From Candidatus Omnitrophota bacterium (GTDB taxonomy: Bacteria; Omnitrophota; Gorgyraeia; VGKH01), in assembly GCA_022703055.1 (NCBI GenBank), contig JAKLEP010000001.1:474850-538849 (forward strand): 64,000 nucleotides of DNA. The letters run 5' to 3'. Position numbers and translations under genes: made by a program. A model generated the notes under the pieces. That model had not been told where the DNA came from. It did no database searches and was given only the letters and a program-made list of their open reading frames with translations. Of the stretch, positions 63,921-64,000 are shown piece by piece; within the stretch, counting starts at the first letter, position 1; each line of letters opens with the position of its first letter.

Positions 63921-64000
63921 ATGATACGAGATACGCGTAAATATTTGGTTATTGTTTCTGCGATACTGATCTGCTTGGGCATAGTCATGATTTATAGCTC
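63921..64000 (+). CDS. ftsW: N-terminal fragment of an FtsW/RodA-family (SEDS) protein, running off the window
   Basis: MIRDTRKYLVIVSAILICLGIVMIYS. It sits in the canonical position after murD. Confidence 0.6.
   Translation, partial: MIRDTRKYLVIVSAILICLGIVMIYS

Overview
This is a 64 kb bacterial chromosomal window. About 80 genes lie on the + strand and only two (thpR, cinA/pncC) on the - strand. No rRNA, CRISPR array, transposase or prophage is visible. I cannot assign taxonomy from sequence alone. A full dcw cluster, RodZ and FtsK indicate a peptidoglycan-walled bacterium. The DUF134/NifX-like genes, a B12-radical SAM enzyme, a SOR-like protein and TreT suggest an anaerobic lifestyle.

Blocks in order:
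- **1-4.1 kb:** a very AT-rich defence-like islet. It holds the tail of an upstream ORF, a type I R-M methyltransferase fused to a single specificity domain, a small ORF plus a PIN-PilZ fusion protein, and an orphan gene bracketed by 32-bp direct repeats.
- **4.1-16.3 kb:** a markedly GC-richer accessory block. It encodes secreted FN3 proteins, a DEAD-box helicase, two paralogous zinc-ribbon proteins, a BASS transporter, a thermonuclease, OsmC, a SOR-like protein, DUF2284, Dus and a nitroreductase. Several intergenic repeat families are scattered through it. The most striking is a ~150-nt structured leader present three times, with a compensatory base-pair change.
- **16.3-22 kb:** a B12-radical SAM enzyme, a clan GH-A hydrolase, and a UvrD-type helicase fused to a Cas4/AddB-like nuclease.
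- **22-32.4 kb:** rpsO-pnp-ftsK-rodZ-rimO-pgsA-pgpA, then thpR/cinA on the - strand, then a DUF134/methyltransferase/NifX-like trio.
- **32.4-37.9 kb:** a trehalose cluster with sensor-HAMP-fused OtsA, OtsB, an unknown gene and TreT.
- **37.9-42.8 kb:** an FMN riboswitch followed by ribBA-ribH-nusB-PHP-ribD-ribE.
- **42.8-45.3 kb:** a KS homolog lacking the whole Cys-His-His triad, followed by fabG and fabZ.
- **45.3-45.7 kb:** tRNA-Pro(CGG), followed by a duplication of its 3' end.
- **45.7-55.1 kb:** housekeeping genes (acyP, ligA, xerD, cca-like, rbfA, nrnA, truB, ribF).
- **55.2-64 kb:** the dcw cluster, from a promoter with MraZ boxes through mraZ to the start of ftsW.

All functional calls come from reading the translated ORFs and recognising family motifs. 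No database search was run.
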